NCBI GenBank assembly: GCA_963767925.1
Contig: CAVYGB010000008.1
Span: 1,536,001 to 1,600,000 of the forward strand
DNA: 64,000 bases
DNA from: an uncultured delta proteobacterium
GTDB taxonomy: Bacteria; Myxococcota_A; Polyangia; Fen-1088
Reading direction: 5' to 3'
Shown in pieces: positions 10,688 through 20,019 of the stretch. Numbering within the stretch: position 1 is the first letter of the stretch; every line of letters starts with the position of its first letter. Made by a program: the position numbers and the translations under genes. Below the pieces are notes generated by a model. That model had not been told where the DNA came from and made no database searches. It worked only from the letters and a program-made list of their open reading frames with translations.

Positions 10688-11660
10688 GACGGCCTCCTGC
10701 CGGCTGCCGCGGCGGCGTCGGCAACATCGCCCGATCCGGTCCGGGCGAGCTGGATGAAGATGGTCTCGAGTCGGGTCGCGCCGCGATCGAAGCGCAGCAG
10801 ATCCAGTCCGGCCAGGACCAGCGTCCGGGCGAGCTGAGCCCGCACGTCCGAGAGGGCCGAGATCCGCAAGGAGACCTCGCCGCCCACGTCCTGGACGACC
10901 TCGACCTGGTTCACGCCGAGCACCCCCCGGGCCGCTTCCTGAGCGCGGGTGGCGCTGCCCCGGATCGTCACCTCGATCTCGTGTGCCGTGCCGAGGGTGG
11001 CGGCCAGATCCTGCTCGCTGCCCTGGGCGACGATCTCGCCCTTCTGGATCACGAGGAGCCGGTCGCAGGTCTGGCTGATCTCGGCCAGGAAGTGGCTGGA
11101 GATGAGCAGCGTGTGCTCCCCTCGCAGGCGGCGGATGAGCCCCCGCATCTCGACGATCTGCACCGGGTCGAGCCCGGCGGTGGGTTCGTCGAGGATGAGG
11201 AGGGCCGGGCGGTGGACCATCGCCTGGGCCAGTCCGACCCGCTGGCGATAGCCGTGCGACAGGCTGCTGATGAGCTCGTCGTGCACGTCCCGCAAGGCGG
11301 TCTTGTCCTCCGCCTCGCTGACGCGCGCTGGCGCATCTTTGGCCGAGACACCCCGCGCAGGCGCGCGGCGAAGGTGAGGTAAGAACCCACCGTCATCTCG
11401 CCGTAGAGCGGCGGGGTGTCGGGCAAGAAGCCTATCTTGCGGCGAACCTCGTGCGGGTTGGCCAGCACGTCGACACCATCGACGACCACCTTGCCCGAGG
11501 TGGGCAGAAGGAGGCAGCCGAGGATCTTGAGGGTGGTTGTTTTACCTGCACCGTTGAGCCCGAGAAACCCGATGACCTGGCCTCGTTTGATGTCGAAGCT
11601 GAGATCTCGAATTGCGGCGTGCTCCCCGTAATACTTCGTGAGCTGACGAACCTCGATCAT
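10684..11660 (-). CDS. ABC transporter ATP-binding protein (GldA-like), frameshift near 11345
   Basis: Walker A 'GLNGAGKTT' in ORF 11049..11660; signature '[10 protein letters not shown]' and Walker B 'LILDEP' in ORF 10684..11295. Confidence 0.9.
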
Positions 11661-11808
11661 GGCGAAGTGGGTAGAGGTATATCGCAGGGATTCGCCAGGA
11701 CAAAGTCTTCCGCGAGGCTGACCCCTGTTTCGCTGCTCGCCTGACCCGGGTGCCCGGCCGCGCTGCTCCCGGCGTCGGAGGAAGACGCTGCGCCCTCCGC
11801 GGGCCGCG

Positions 11809-12813
11809 TTGATCGGGGCCCTGGGCCTCGCGCTGGCCCCCGGCTGTCAGTGCTCGGCAGAGCCGACGCTCGAGGCGTCGCCAGCCCTGCCCGCGGCTTT
11901 CACCTCCCTGGCCGCCGCGCCGGACACCGGGCCACCGCCCGAGCCGCCGCCGCCCCCCACCGTCGTGATCGCGGCGGCCGGAGACATCGCCGGACGGATC
12001 ACCCACCACCGGGCCACCGCCAACCTCTTGCTGGGGATGGCCGAACGCGAGCCCCTCTCCGCTCTGCTAGCCCTGGGCGACCTGCAGTACCCCAGGGGGG
12101 AGTACCACGACTTTCTCGCCCACTATCATCAGAGCTGGGGCCATCCCACCCTGCGGGCGATCACCCGCCCGGTCCCCGGAAACCACGAATACGACCAGGG
12201 ACGTTCGGACGCTAGCGGGTACTGGGACTATTTCAACGGTCCCGGCCGATCCAGCGGCATGGCCGGTGAGCGGCACAAGGGGTACTACAGCTTCGACCTC
12301 GGGGAATGGCACCTGGTGGCGCTCAACAGCAGCAACGGCTGTCGCCGGGTCTCCTGCGCACCGGGCTCGGCCATGCACACCTGGCTGGTCCAGGACCTCG
12401 AGCGCACCCGCAGCCGCTGCGTACTGGCCTTCTGGCATCACCCCCGCTTCCAGGTGGGCAACCACGCCGACAACCGGGCAGTGGCCCCCCTGTGGGACGC
12501 CCTCTACGACGCCGGGGCCGACGTGGTCCTCAACGGCCACGACCACAACTTCCAGCAGCTCGCCCGGCTCGACAAGCGCGGCCGGATCGATCCCCAGCGG
12601 GGCATCCGCTCCTTCGTGGTGGGCACGGGGGGCGCGCCGGCCTACACCCGGTTCGACGACAGCTTGCATCCGGGCGCCGGGGAGACGGTCCTGGCCAGCC
12701 GCGCCGGGGTGCTGCTCCTCACCCTGGAGCCCGGCGCCTACCGCTGGCGCTTCGTGGCCGCCGACACCGCCGAGGGCCGCGTGCTCGCCGAGGGCCGCGA
12801 TGTCTGCCGCTGA
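11809..12813 (+). CDS. Exported calcineurin-like metallophosphoesterase
   Basis: Motifs 'AGDI', 'LGDLQY', 'PGNHEY', 'WHHP', 'NGHDH'; start uncertain. Confidence 0.85.
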   Translation: MIGALGLALAPGCQCSAEPTLEASPALPAAFTSLAAAPDTGPPPEPPPPPTVVIAAAGDIAGRITHHRATANLLLGMAEREPLSALLALGDLQYPRGEYHDFLAHYHQSWGHPTLRAITRPVPGNHEYDQGRSDASGYWDYFNGPGRSSGMAGERHKGYYSFDLGEWHLVALNSSNGCRRVSCAPGSAMHTWLVQDLERTRSRCVLAFWHHPRFQVGNHADNRAVAPLWDALYDAGADVVLNGHDHNFQQLARLDKRGRIDPQRGIRSFVVGTGGAPAYTRFDDSLHPGAGETVLASRAGVLLLTLEPGAYRWRFVAADTAEGRVLAEGRDVCR

Positions 12814-12885
12814 GCCCTCCGAGCAACCGGCTCCCGGTGGCGAGCCTCACTCGCCTTTTGGCGCGAGCCAGGGTAAAAGATCCAG

Positions 12886-13353
12886 ATGCGAAAGCTGCTC
12901 GTCGCATCCGCGTTCACCCTGTGCCTGGCGGGCCCCGCCTCTGCCCATGCCATGGGTCTCGAGATCTCGCTCGGTAAAGGAGCGGAGGTTTCGCCCAACC
13001 AGGCGGCCCAGCCCATCAACCTGATGGTGGCCCCGGGGATCTCCTTCGTGATCGTCCGGCTGCAGCTCGGCCTTGTCGCCGATCTGCCCGACGTCAAGGA
13101 CAGCGAGTTCGACATCGGCTTGCGGCCGATGTTGACCATCTCGCCGCCGATCCTCCCGCTTTACGCCCGGCTGGTGTTCGCGGTCAACAACCTGCTGAAC
13201 GACACGACGGTGGCCTACGGCGGTGCGCTCGGGCTGTCCTTCGGCCTGGGTGGCATCGGGGTATTCGCCGAGGCCGGCCTCTTGCCCCGTAGCGTGAACG
13301 ACCGGACGAGCTGGGTGCTCGAGGGCCGCGTCGGGTTGTCGCTCGGTTTCTGA
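12886..13353 (+). CDS. Small outer-membrane beta-barrel protein
   Basis: Signal peptide ending AHA; alternating hydrophobic strands; terminal Phe ('LSLGF'). Confidence 0.7.
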   Translation: MRKLLVASAFTLCLAGPASAHAMGLEISLGKGAEVSPNQAAQPINLMVAPGISFVIVRLQLGLVADLPDVKDSEFDIGLRPMLTISPPILPLYARLVFAVNNLLNDTTVAYGGALGLSFGLGGIGVFAEAGLLPRSVNDRTSWVLEGRVGLSLGF

Positions 13354-13378
13354 CCCCGCCGGTACTATCCTTGGGACC

Positions 13379-13798
13379 GTGCGTACGGTCCCGGTTCCGG
13401 TCCGGCAGTACCCCACGGTGCGGCAGTACATGTCGCCATCGCCGTGGACGATTGCCCGGACCCAGCCGCTGGGCGCCGCCCAGCGCCTCATGCGTGAGCG
13501 GGGCATCCGCTACCTGCCGGTTGTCGACGGCGATCGCGTGATCGGCACCGTCTCGGAGCGCGACATCTCCCTCCTCGAGTCCTTTCCGGGCGTCGACCCC
13601 ACCAACCTGCGGGTCGAGGAGGCGATGGCCTCCGACCCGTACAAGGTCTCGCCCGACGCCCCCCTCGCCGAGGTCGTCACAACCCTCCTCGAACGTCGGC
13701 TCGGCTCCGCCATCGTCCTGGAAGCCGACCGCGTGACCGGCGTCTTCACCACCCACGACGCCCTCCGCGCCCTGGCCGACCTGCTCGAGAAGCCGTGA
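13379..13798 (+). CDS. CBS domain pair protein
   Basis: 'IRYLPVVDGDRVIGTVSERD', 'GVFTTHDAL'. Confidence 0.88.
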   Translation: MRTVPVPVRQYPTVRQYMSPSPWTIARTQPLGAAQRLMRERGIRYLPVVDGDRVIGTVSERDISLLESFPGVDPTNLRVEEAMASDPYKVSPDAPLAEVVTTLLERRLGSAIVLEADRVTGVFTTHDALRALADLLEKP

Positions 13799-13802
13799 GC
13801 GG

Positions 13803-15242
13803 TCAGGTTCCGCGGTGGCGCTGCTCGGCGCGCAGGAACGCCAGGAACTCGCGGCGGGTGCGGGGGCCGAGGTAACGCCGGGGGTGGGGGAGGGGGACGG
13901 AGCGGGGGTCGTCCAGGTAGGCCATGCGCAACCGATCGATCGCGTCGTCGGCGACGGCGTAGCGCACCGCCGCCGGGTCGATCCCATAGACCGCGGCGCC
14001 GTTGAGGCCGAGGATCCTGCGCTTCACCTCGGTGGTGAGCGGTGGGTAGACGTCGCGGAGAGCGGGGGGCATCTCGAACAGCCAGAAGGCGTCGACTTGC
14101 GGCTGAGGATTGCCGGTGAACACGCTGTCCGTCCCCCAGAGGATGCGCTCAGGGCCAAGCTGGGCGAGCAGCTTGCCCAGCACGTGCCCGGCGGCGAGCG
14201 CGTCGCCCATCAAGTTGAACCAGGTGTTGCCCAGCTCGGCGTACAGGTTGCCGCCCGGCCCGATGCCGCTCTCGCGCAGCGCCTTGATCAGGCGGTCGAC
14301 CCCGCGCGTGTCGTTGCCCGCGTCGAGGTAGGGGTGGTTCTCGTCGTTGGCCGCCTCCCAGCCCGAGTGGTAGACGAGGAACTTGATGTCCGGGTAGAGG
14401 CGCGCCGCCCGGACCATGTCCCGCGGTGAACCGGGCGCCAGATAGTCGCCGTTGCCGCTCAAGCCCCGGTGGGCGGCGACAACCTTCACGTCCAGGTCGA
14501 TCGCCCGCTGCATGAAGGGCGCGACGTCCGGGTGGTCCAGCCCGTGCCCGGGCTGCTGGGGGAACACCTTCCAGGCCGCTATGCCCGGAAAGCGATGCGC
14601 CACCTCGGCCTGATAGTCGGGCTCGCCGGGGGCCTCCGGATCGGCGTTGCAGTGAAACAGCAGTCGGGGCCCCCCCAGCCGATCGATCAGCTCGCCCACC
14701 ACCGCCTTGGCCTCGACGTTGCCGATCCCGAGGCTTCGGGTGGTGGGCACGCCCGAGACGCAGGCCACGGTCGTCTGGCACTGCACGAAGATGCGCTTGA
14801 GGAAGTCCAGCACGAGCTCTGGCGGGCTGGCGGGCGGCCAGGGCAAGATCTCGACGTCCGTGATGTGGGTCTGCACGTCGAACACGAACGGGTCGTGGCG
14901 CAGCACCTGGCGGGCCTGCGCCATGTCCTCCAGCGCGCCGGCATCGATGTCGTACCCCGAAGCGTCCCGGCCGCCCGCACCGCCCTCGACCGCGCCGCCC
15001 CGGCTGCCGCACGCCGTGAGCTGCCCGAGCGTGAACAGCCAGGCCGCCGTGCCGCAGGCGCTGTCCGCGAACTGCCGCCGGGTCATCCCCAGCCGGCGAT
15101 GTTTCTGCTCCACCAGCGATCGCCACATCTCCAGCCGGCGCCGCCCGAGCTCCGTCGGCGGCAGGGGACAGTGCTCACCGTTGGAGGGCGGATCGAAGTC
15201 CACCGGCGGCAACACCGGCCATTCCGGCTGCGACTTCCTCAT
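13803..15242 (-). CDS. Amidohydrolase (Amidohydro_2-like) with internal twin-Arg-like motif
   Basis: 'FDVQTH', 'AAHRG', 'YHSG', 'LWGTDS', 'ILGLNGAAVYGI'; 'MTRRQF' motif. Confidence 0.8.
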   Translation of the reverse strand: MRKSQPEWPVLPPVDFDPPSNGEHCPLPPTELGRRRLEMWRSLVEQKHRRLGMTRRQFADSACGTAAWLFTLGQLTACGSRGGAVEGGAGGRDASGYDIDAGALEDMAQARQVLRHDPFVFDVQTHITDVEILPWPPASPPELVLDFLKRIFVQCQTTVACVSGVPTTRSLGIGNVEAKAVVGELIDRLGGPRLLFHCNADPEAPGEPDYQAEVAHRFPGIAAWKVFPQQPGHGLDHPDVAPFMQRAIDLDVKVVAAHRGLSGNGDYLAPGSPRDMVRAARLYPDIKFLVYHSGWEAANDENHPYLDAGNDTRGVDRLIKALRESGIGPGGNLYAELGNTWFNLMGDALAAGHVLGKLLAQLGPERILWGTDSVFTGNPQPQVDAFWLFEMPPALRDVYPPLTTEVKRRILGLNGAAVYGIDPAAVRYAVADDAIDRLRMAYLDDPRSVPLPHPRRYLGPRTRREFLAFLRAEQRHRGT

Positions 15243-15325
15243 GCCCGTGACTATACCGCGCGCCGTGGCGCCGGCGTCGAGACTATCCTCGAGGAACACC
15301 AGCCGGTCGACGGCAGCGATCAGGT

Positions 15326-18300
15326 TCAGGTCACGCCTGGTGATTGCCCAGGCGGGTGCTCGCCCTGGTGCAGGAAACGGCCGAGGACCGAGCCCAGCTT
15401 CTCCCGGTCGATCGGCTTGGTGAGGTAGCCGTCCATGCCGGCGGCGTAGGCGCGCTGCTCGTCGCCGCTCATGGCCAGGGCGGTGAGGGCCACGATCGGG
15501 ATGCGCGCGGTATCAACGCTGGATTTCAGCTCCCGGGCGGCGGTGTAGCCGTCTTTGCGGGGCATGGCGAGATCCATGAAGATGAGCGCGGGCTTCGGCT
15601 CGCGCTGGGCGGCAGCGATGGCCTTGTCGCCGTCCTCGGCGTCGACCACCCGGTAACCCATGCGCTCCAGCAGGTGCCGGGCCAGGGTGCGGTTGGTGTC
15701 GTTGTCATCGACGACCAGGATGACCGGCGGCTCGCTCGGCGCGGCCGACGCGACCACCATCGGTGCGGAGGCGGAGTTCCGGCGGTCACGCAGGGCGGTG
15801 GCGGCGTTGACCGCGGCCAGCAGCTCCTCGTCGGTCACGTTGCCTTTCTCGGCGATGGAGCGGACCTGACGGCGCAGGCGGGCACGTTCATCCTCGCCGA
15901 GCTCGGCCGCGGTGAGCACGATGATGGGCACGGCGCGGGTGCGCGGGTCAGCGAGCAGCCGCTCCACCACCTCGAAGCCCGACATCTCGGGCATCACCAG
16001 GTCCACGATGATGGCGTCCGGGGGCTGGGCCTGGGCCAGGGCCAGTCCCTCGGTCGGGCGGGTGGCCGAGCGCAGGCGGTATCCGGTCGGCTCGAGCGCC
16101 GCTCGCAGCAGGTCGTGGACCCGCTGATCGTCGTCGATGAGCAGGATCTCGGAGCCGTCCCGGCCGCCCCCGATGACCGCCCGGTCGAGCGAACGCAGCA
16201 AGCTCTGGGTCTCGAACGGCTTGGCCAGCAGGCTGGCCGGCCGAGGGAAGGCGCTCATGACCACCGGGATGTCGCGGGTGGCCTCGCCCCGGGCCAGCGC
16301 ATCGAGCACCGCTATGCCGTCGCGTCGTTCGGTGGCGGGGTCGAGCACGATGGCGGAGGGGCGCAGCTCGGTCGCCACCACCGCCGGGTCACGGCCGTTG
16401 TCGAAGCGGGCCACCCGGTAACCTTCCCGCCCGAGGCGGGCCGCGAGGTGGGCGCCGGTACCGGGGTCGCTGTCCACCAGCAACACGAGCGGACCGGCCG
16501 GCGACGGGGTCGGCACGCGCGCCGCCGACTCGGCTACCGGCAGGGTGAAGGCGAAGCCGCTGCCGTGGCCCACCGTGCTCTCCACCGTCACCTCGCCCCC
16601 GTGGAGCTGGACCAGGCGGCGGGTGATGGCCAGCCCCAACCCGGTGCCCTGGTGCTTCTTAACCATGGGATCTTCGCCCTGGACGAACGGCTCGAAGAGC
16701 CGCCCCAGGAGCTCGGCGTTCATACCTGGTCCATGGTCGACCACTTGGAAGCGCACGAAACGCTGGCTGACCTCGACTTCAACCCGGACCTCGATGGCTG
16801 CGCCTGCGGGGGAGAACTTGATGGCGTTCGACAGGAGGTTGAGCAGGATCTGCCGGACCTTGCCGGCGTCGGCCCGCACCGGCCGGCTGGAGACCACCCG
16901 CTCATCGATCTGCAGGCGCTTCTCGCGGGCCGAAGCCTGCACCAGGGCACAGGCGTCCCTGACCGCGTGCTCGGGTAACATGTCCTCCGGCGCCAGGCGG
17001 AGCGCGCCCGCCTCGATCTTCGATAGGTCGAGGATGTCGTTGATGAGCGCCAGCAGGTGGCGCCCGCTCGCCAGCACGTGGCCAATGAATTCGCGCTCGA
17101 GGTCGGGCTTGGCCTGGGCGGCCCCGCCGAGCAGGAGCTCGGAGAAGCCGATCACGGCGTTGAGCGGGGTGCGCAGCTCGTGGGACATGTTGGCCAGGAA
17201 CTCGGATTTCATACGGCTCGCGCGTTCGAGCTCCGCCCCTTTGACCTGCAGCTCCTCCTGTTGCCGGCGCAGCTCGTCCTTCTGGGCCACGAGCTCGTTC
17301 TTCTGGACCTGCAGCTCCTGGTTAGCCTGTTCGAGCGCCGCGGTGCGGTCCCTGACCCGCTCTTCCAGGGTGTCGTGCGCGGTCGCCACCGCCACCGCCA
17401 TGTCGTTGAAGGCACGGGCCAGGGCGCCGACCTCGTCGTCGCTCTCCGCGGTGACCCGCACCCGGCGGTCGCCGGCGCGCATCGCCGTCGCCGCCCGCAT
17501 CAGCGCGTCGATCGGCAGCACGATCCGGCCGGCCAGGGCCAGCCCGAGGGAAAGCGCGACGATAACGAGGATCGCCCCGCCGGCCGCTGTCGAGAGGGCG
17601 AGGCGGGACACCGGGCCTTCGAGCGCCGCTTCGGGCACCAGGCAAAAGAGGGTCCAGTCGGTGGCCCGCAAGCGTTTGGTCACCCCGAGGTTGACTTCGT
17701 TGTTGGCCGGAGACGTCCCGGTGAAGTAGCGCTCCCTCGGGGGAGCGCCCTTCAGCGCCCGGGTGAACTCCGCCTCCATGACCGAAGGGGTCTCGAGCAG
17801 CCGCCGGGTGTCCCGACCAAACCGTTGCCCGGCGATCAGGCTGGCCAGCAGGTCGGGCGGCAACGGACCCGCCGGTCGGAAGACCTCGGCCTCGTTGAAG
17901 CTGTGGGCGATGCGGATGCCCTGCCCGTCGTAGAGGACCGAGAAGCTGCCCAGCCCGGCCCGACCGTTGGCCGCCCGGATGACGTCCCAGAAGGCACCAG
18001 CCTGTACCGTCACCACCACCACCCCGACCACCGCGGACTGCTCGGAGAAGACCGGCGCGGCATAGACCAAAACCGGTGCGTTCTCTGGGAGCAGGGGCGA
18101 CAGGAAGATGTCCGAGATGTACTGGTGGCCCGACATCGCCGCTTGAAAATAGGCCAGCCCCGACAGATTCGAGTTGCGCGGCACGGTCTCGGTGCTGGCC
18201 AGGCTCCGGCCGCTGGCGTTGAGCAACGCCACCCCGCGCAGTCGCCGGTCGCTCTGCAGGTAGACCTGCAGGAGACGCTGCAGGTCCGGCAGGTCGCCGG

Positions 18301-18580
18301 AAGGCGAAGCCGTCGCTGCCGACGCGCGCGCCACCAGCGGGACGCCGGCGAGGCGCGCGGCCATGCCGCTATAGAGCTCGTGGAAGGCGTCCAGCTCGAC
18401 GGCGAGCTGATCGGCGCGCGCGGCCAGCAGGGAGACCGCGTCGCTGCGGATGAGAGCGCGGGTCCGCAGGAACATGGTGCCGATGCCCAGGGCGAGCGGC
18501 AGCGCCGAGCCCAGCAGCAAGAGCACCAGCAACTTCCGCCGTAGAGGGAGCCGATCAAACCAAGGTCTCAACAGCATCAA
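15326..18580 (-). CDS. Hybrid sensor histidine kinase (Cache-like sensor, HAMP, HisKA, HATPase, multiple REC domains)
   Basis: 'FLANMSHELRTPLN', 'QILLNLLSNAIKF', 'DHGPG', 'GTGLGL'; three receiver-like domains ('LLVDSD', 'LLIDDD..DLVMP', 'LVVDDN..DLAMP'). Confidence 0.93.
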   Translation of the reverse strand: MMLLRPWFDRLPLRRKLLVLLLLGSALPLALGIGTMFLRTRALIRSDAVSLLAARADQLAVELDAFHELYSGMAARLAGVPLVARASAATASPSGDLPDLQRLLQVYLQSDRRLRGVALLNASGRSLASTETVPRNSNLSGLAYFQAAMSGHQYISDIFLSPLLPENAPVLVYAAPVFSEQSAVVGVVVVTVQAGAFWDVIRAANGRAGLGSFSVLYDGQGIRIAHSFNEAEVFRPAGPLPPDLLASLIAGQRFGRDTRRLLETPSVMEAEFTRALKGAPPRERYFTGTSPANNEVNLGVTKRLRATDWTLFCLVPEAALEGPVSRLALSTAAGGAILVIVALSLGLALAGRIVLPIDALMRAATAMRAGDRRVRVTAESDDEVGALARAFNDMAVAVATAHDTLEERVRDRTAALEQANQELQVQKNELVAQKDELRRQQEELQVKGAELERASRMKSEFLANMSHELRTPLNAVIGFSELLLGGAAQAKPDLEREFIGHVLASGRHLLALINDILDLSKIEAGALRLAPEDMLPEHAVRDACALVQASAREKRLQIDERVVSSRPVRADAGKVRQILLNLLSNAIKFSPAGAAIEVRVEVEVSQRFVRFQVVDHGPGMNAELLGRLFEPFVQGEDPMVKKHQGTGLGLAITRRLVQLHGGEVTVESTVGHGSGFAFTLPVAESAARVPTPSPAGPLVLLVDSDPGTGAHLAARLGREGYRVARFDNGRDPAVVATELRPSAIVLDPATERRDGIAVLDALARGEATRDIPVVMSAFPRPASLLAKPFETQSLLRSLDRAVIGGGRDGSEILLIDDDQRVHDLLRAALEPTGYRLRSATRPTEGLALAQAQPPDAIIVDLVMPEMSGFEVVERLLADPRTRAVPIIVLTAAELGEDERARLRRQVRSIAEKGNVTDEELLAAVNAATALRDRRNSASAPMVVASAAPSEPPVILVVDDNDTNRTLARHLLERMGYRVVDAEDGDKAIAAAQREPKPALIFMDLAMPRKDGYTAARELKSSVDTARIPIVALTALAMSGDEQRAYAAGMDGYLTKPIDREKLGSVLGRFLHQGEHPPGQSPGVT

Positions 18581-19419
18581 TCTCCCCGCTGATAGATGCG
18601 CAAGGCCTCGCGTATACCCGGATAGGGACGGAAGCCGCGCAACGCCTCCCCCTCGAGAGATTCGAACGACCCCAGGACCAGAACGCCGCCGGGACGGAGC
18701 ACCCCCCGCAGCCGTTCGAGCGCCTTGGTCCGCAGGCGGGCATCGAAGTAGATGAGCACGTTACGCACCGCCATCAACTCGAAGGCCGCCACGATGGCTT
18801 CGGAAGGCGCCAGGCGAGGTCCAATCAGATCGTGCTGCGCAAAAGTGACCCGGGCGCGCAACTCGGCCCCGACGACGAGATCCGCTCCCACCCGGCGAAA
18901 GAAGCGTTCACGCCAGATGGTCGGGACGCTTTCGGCCGATTGATACCGGCCGGCGCGCGCCCCGGCCAGGGATCGTTCGTCGACGTCGGTGGCCAGGAGC
19001 TGACCGATGGGCAGGACTCCGGCGTCTCCGAGCGAGACGAGCAACATGGCGAGGGTCCAGGCCTCCTCGCCCGACGCGACCCCCACCGACCAGGCCCGCA
19101 ATCCGCCCGGCGGGGGGCGCGCAGCCAGCGCCGGCAGCACCTCGCGCTGCAAGGCCTCCCACACCTCCGGCTCGCGAAAGAAGTCCGACACGGGCACCAC
19201 CAGGGCGTGGGCCAGGCGGCAAAGCTCCTCGGTGTGGCTCTCGAGAAACTCCCGGTAGTCGGCCAGGCTGGAGACCCCGGTCGCCTTGACCCGACATTCG
19301 ATTCCCCGTCGCACGGTTTCTCGGCGGTGGTCACTGAAGTCGACCCCCGACCGCGTGCGCATGAGCGCCAGGATGCGCCGCCGCTCCTGGTCGTCATCCG
19401 TATGACCTACACGTGACAT
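18577..19419 (-). CDS. cheR: CheR-type protein-glutamate methyltransferase
   Basis: 'SDFFREP', 'WSVGVASGEEAWTLAM', 'ATDVD', 'RNVLIYFD', 'LVLGSFES'. Confidence 0.88.
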   Translation of the reverse strand: MSRVGHTDDDQERRRILALMRTRSGVDFSDHRRETVRRGIECRVKATGVSSLADYREFLESHTEELCRLAHALVVPVSDFFREPEVWEALQREVLPALAARPPPGGLRAWSVGVASGEEAWTLAMLLVSLGDAGVLPIGQLLATDVDERSLAGARAGRYQSAESVPTIWRERFFRRVGADLVVGAELRARVTFAQHDLIGPRLAPSEAIVAAFELMAVRNVLIYFDARLRTKALERLRGVLRPGGVLVLGSFESLEGEALRGFRPYPGIREALRIYQRGD

Positions 19420-19599
19420 GATCTCGATCGCGCGGGTCCTGTGATCCTGGACGCGCAGCTGTCGGTGACCAACCCATCATGGGACGGCCCACCCCCGGCA
19501 CTGCTCGGGGATTTGCGACAAGACCCCGTTTCAGGGTTGCCCCTGCTGGAAGCACAGGGCGGGGTCCCCGACGCCTCGACCGCGTCGAAGTCGACCTCG

Positions 19600-19630
19600 C
19601 CCAGCTACATGTCCCAGCTACATGTAGCTG
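19600..19630. repeat. 13-bp tandem duplication (CCCAGCTACATGT x2) overlapping a perfect 16-bp palindrome CAGCTACATGTAGCTG
   Basis: Read directly: repeats at 19600-19612 and 19613-19625; palindrome at 19615-19630. Confidence 0.8.
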
Positions 19631-19749
19631 CTCGTGAGACAGCGGGGCCGGCCACAGACGGGGAGGCGTCAGTCGCGCACGCGAGTCGAGCTTGCGCAGG
19701 CCTTCACAAGGACCGCCTCCTCACCCGGAAGGTGCCGCGTCGCGAGCAG

Positions 19750-19845
19750 ACAGCCAAGGTCTTCGAGCGCCGGCACCAGGAGGTGGTCGTCCTCGTGGAG
19801 GTTGGCAAACGCCTCGCAAGTCACCAGCGCCACCGTCTTGCGGGC
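19750..19845 (-). pseudogene. Relic N-terminus of an ATP-grasp (RimK/glutathione synthetase-like) protein
   Basis: 'KTVALVTCEAFANLHEDDHLLVPALEDLG' resembles the N-terminus of that family; no continuation. Confidence 0.35.
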
Positions 19846-20019
19846 GCACCAGACTGAGACCGAGGCGCCCCCGATGAGGTGAACGGCTGGAGGCCGCCGC
19901 GAGAGCCGGTCGGAGCGAGGCGAGAAGGGGAGGGCGGCGCCCGTCCCTCTCCACCTTCGTCTTATGCCAGAGCCGGGGGCTTGCGGCAAGCCCCCGGTCG
20001 TGCCGCACAGTCATCGACC

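Noticed and set aside
7971..11660. Programmed frameshifting or pseudogenisation of the ABC operon
   Set aside because: Same indel pattern as in essential pheST/rplT, so most likely sequencing error
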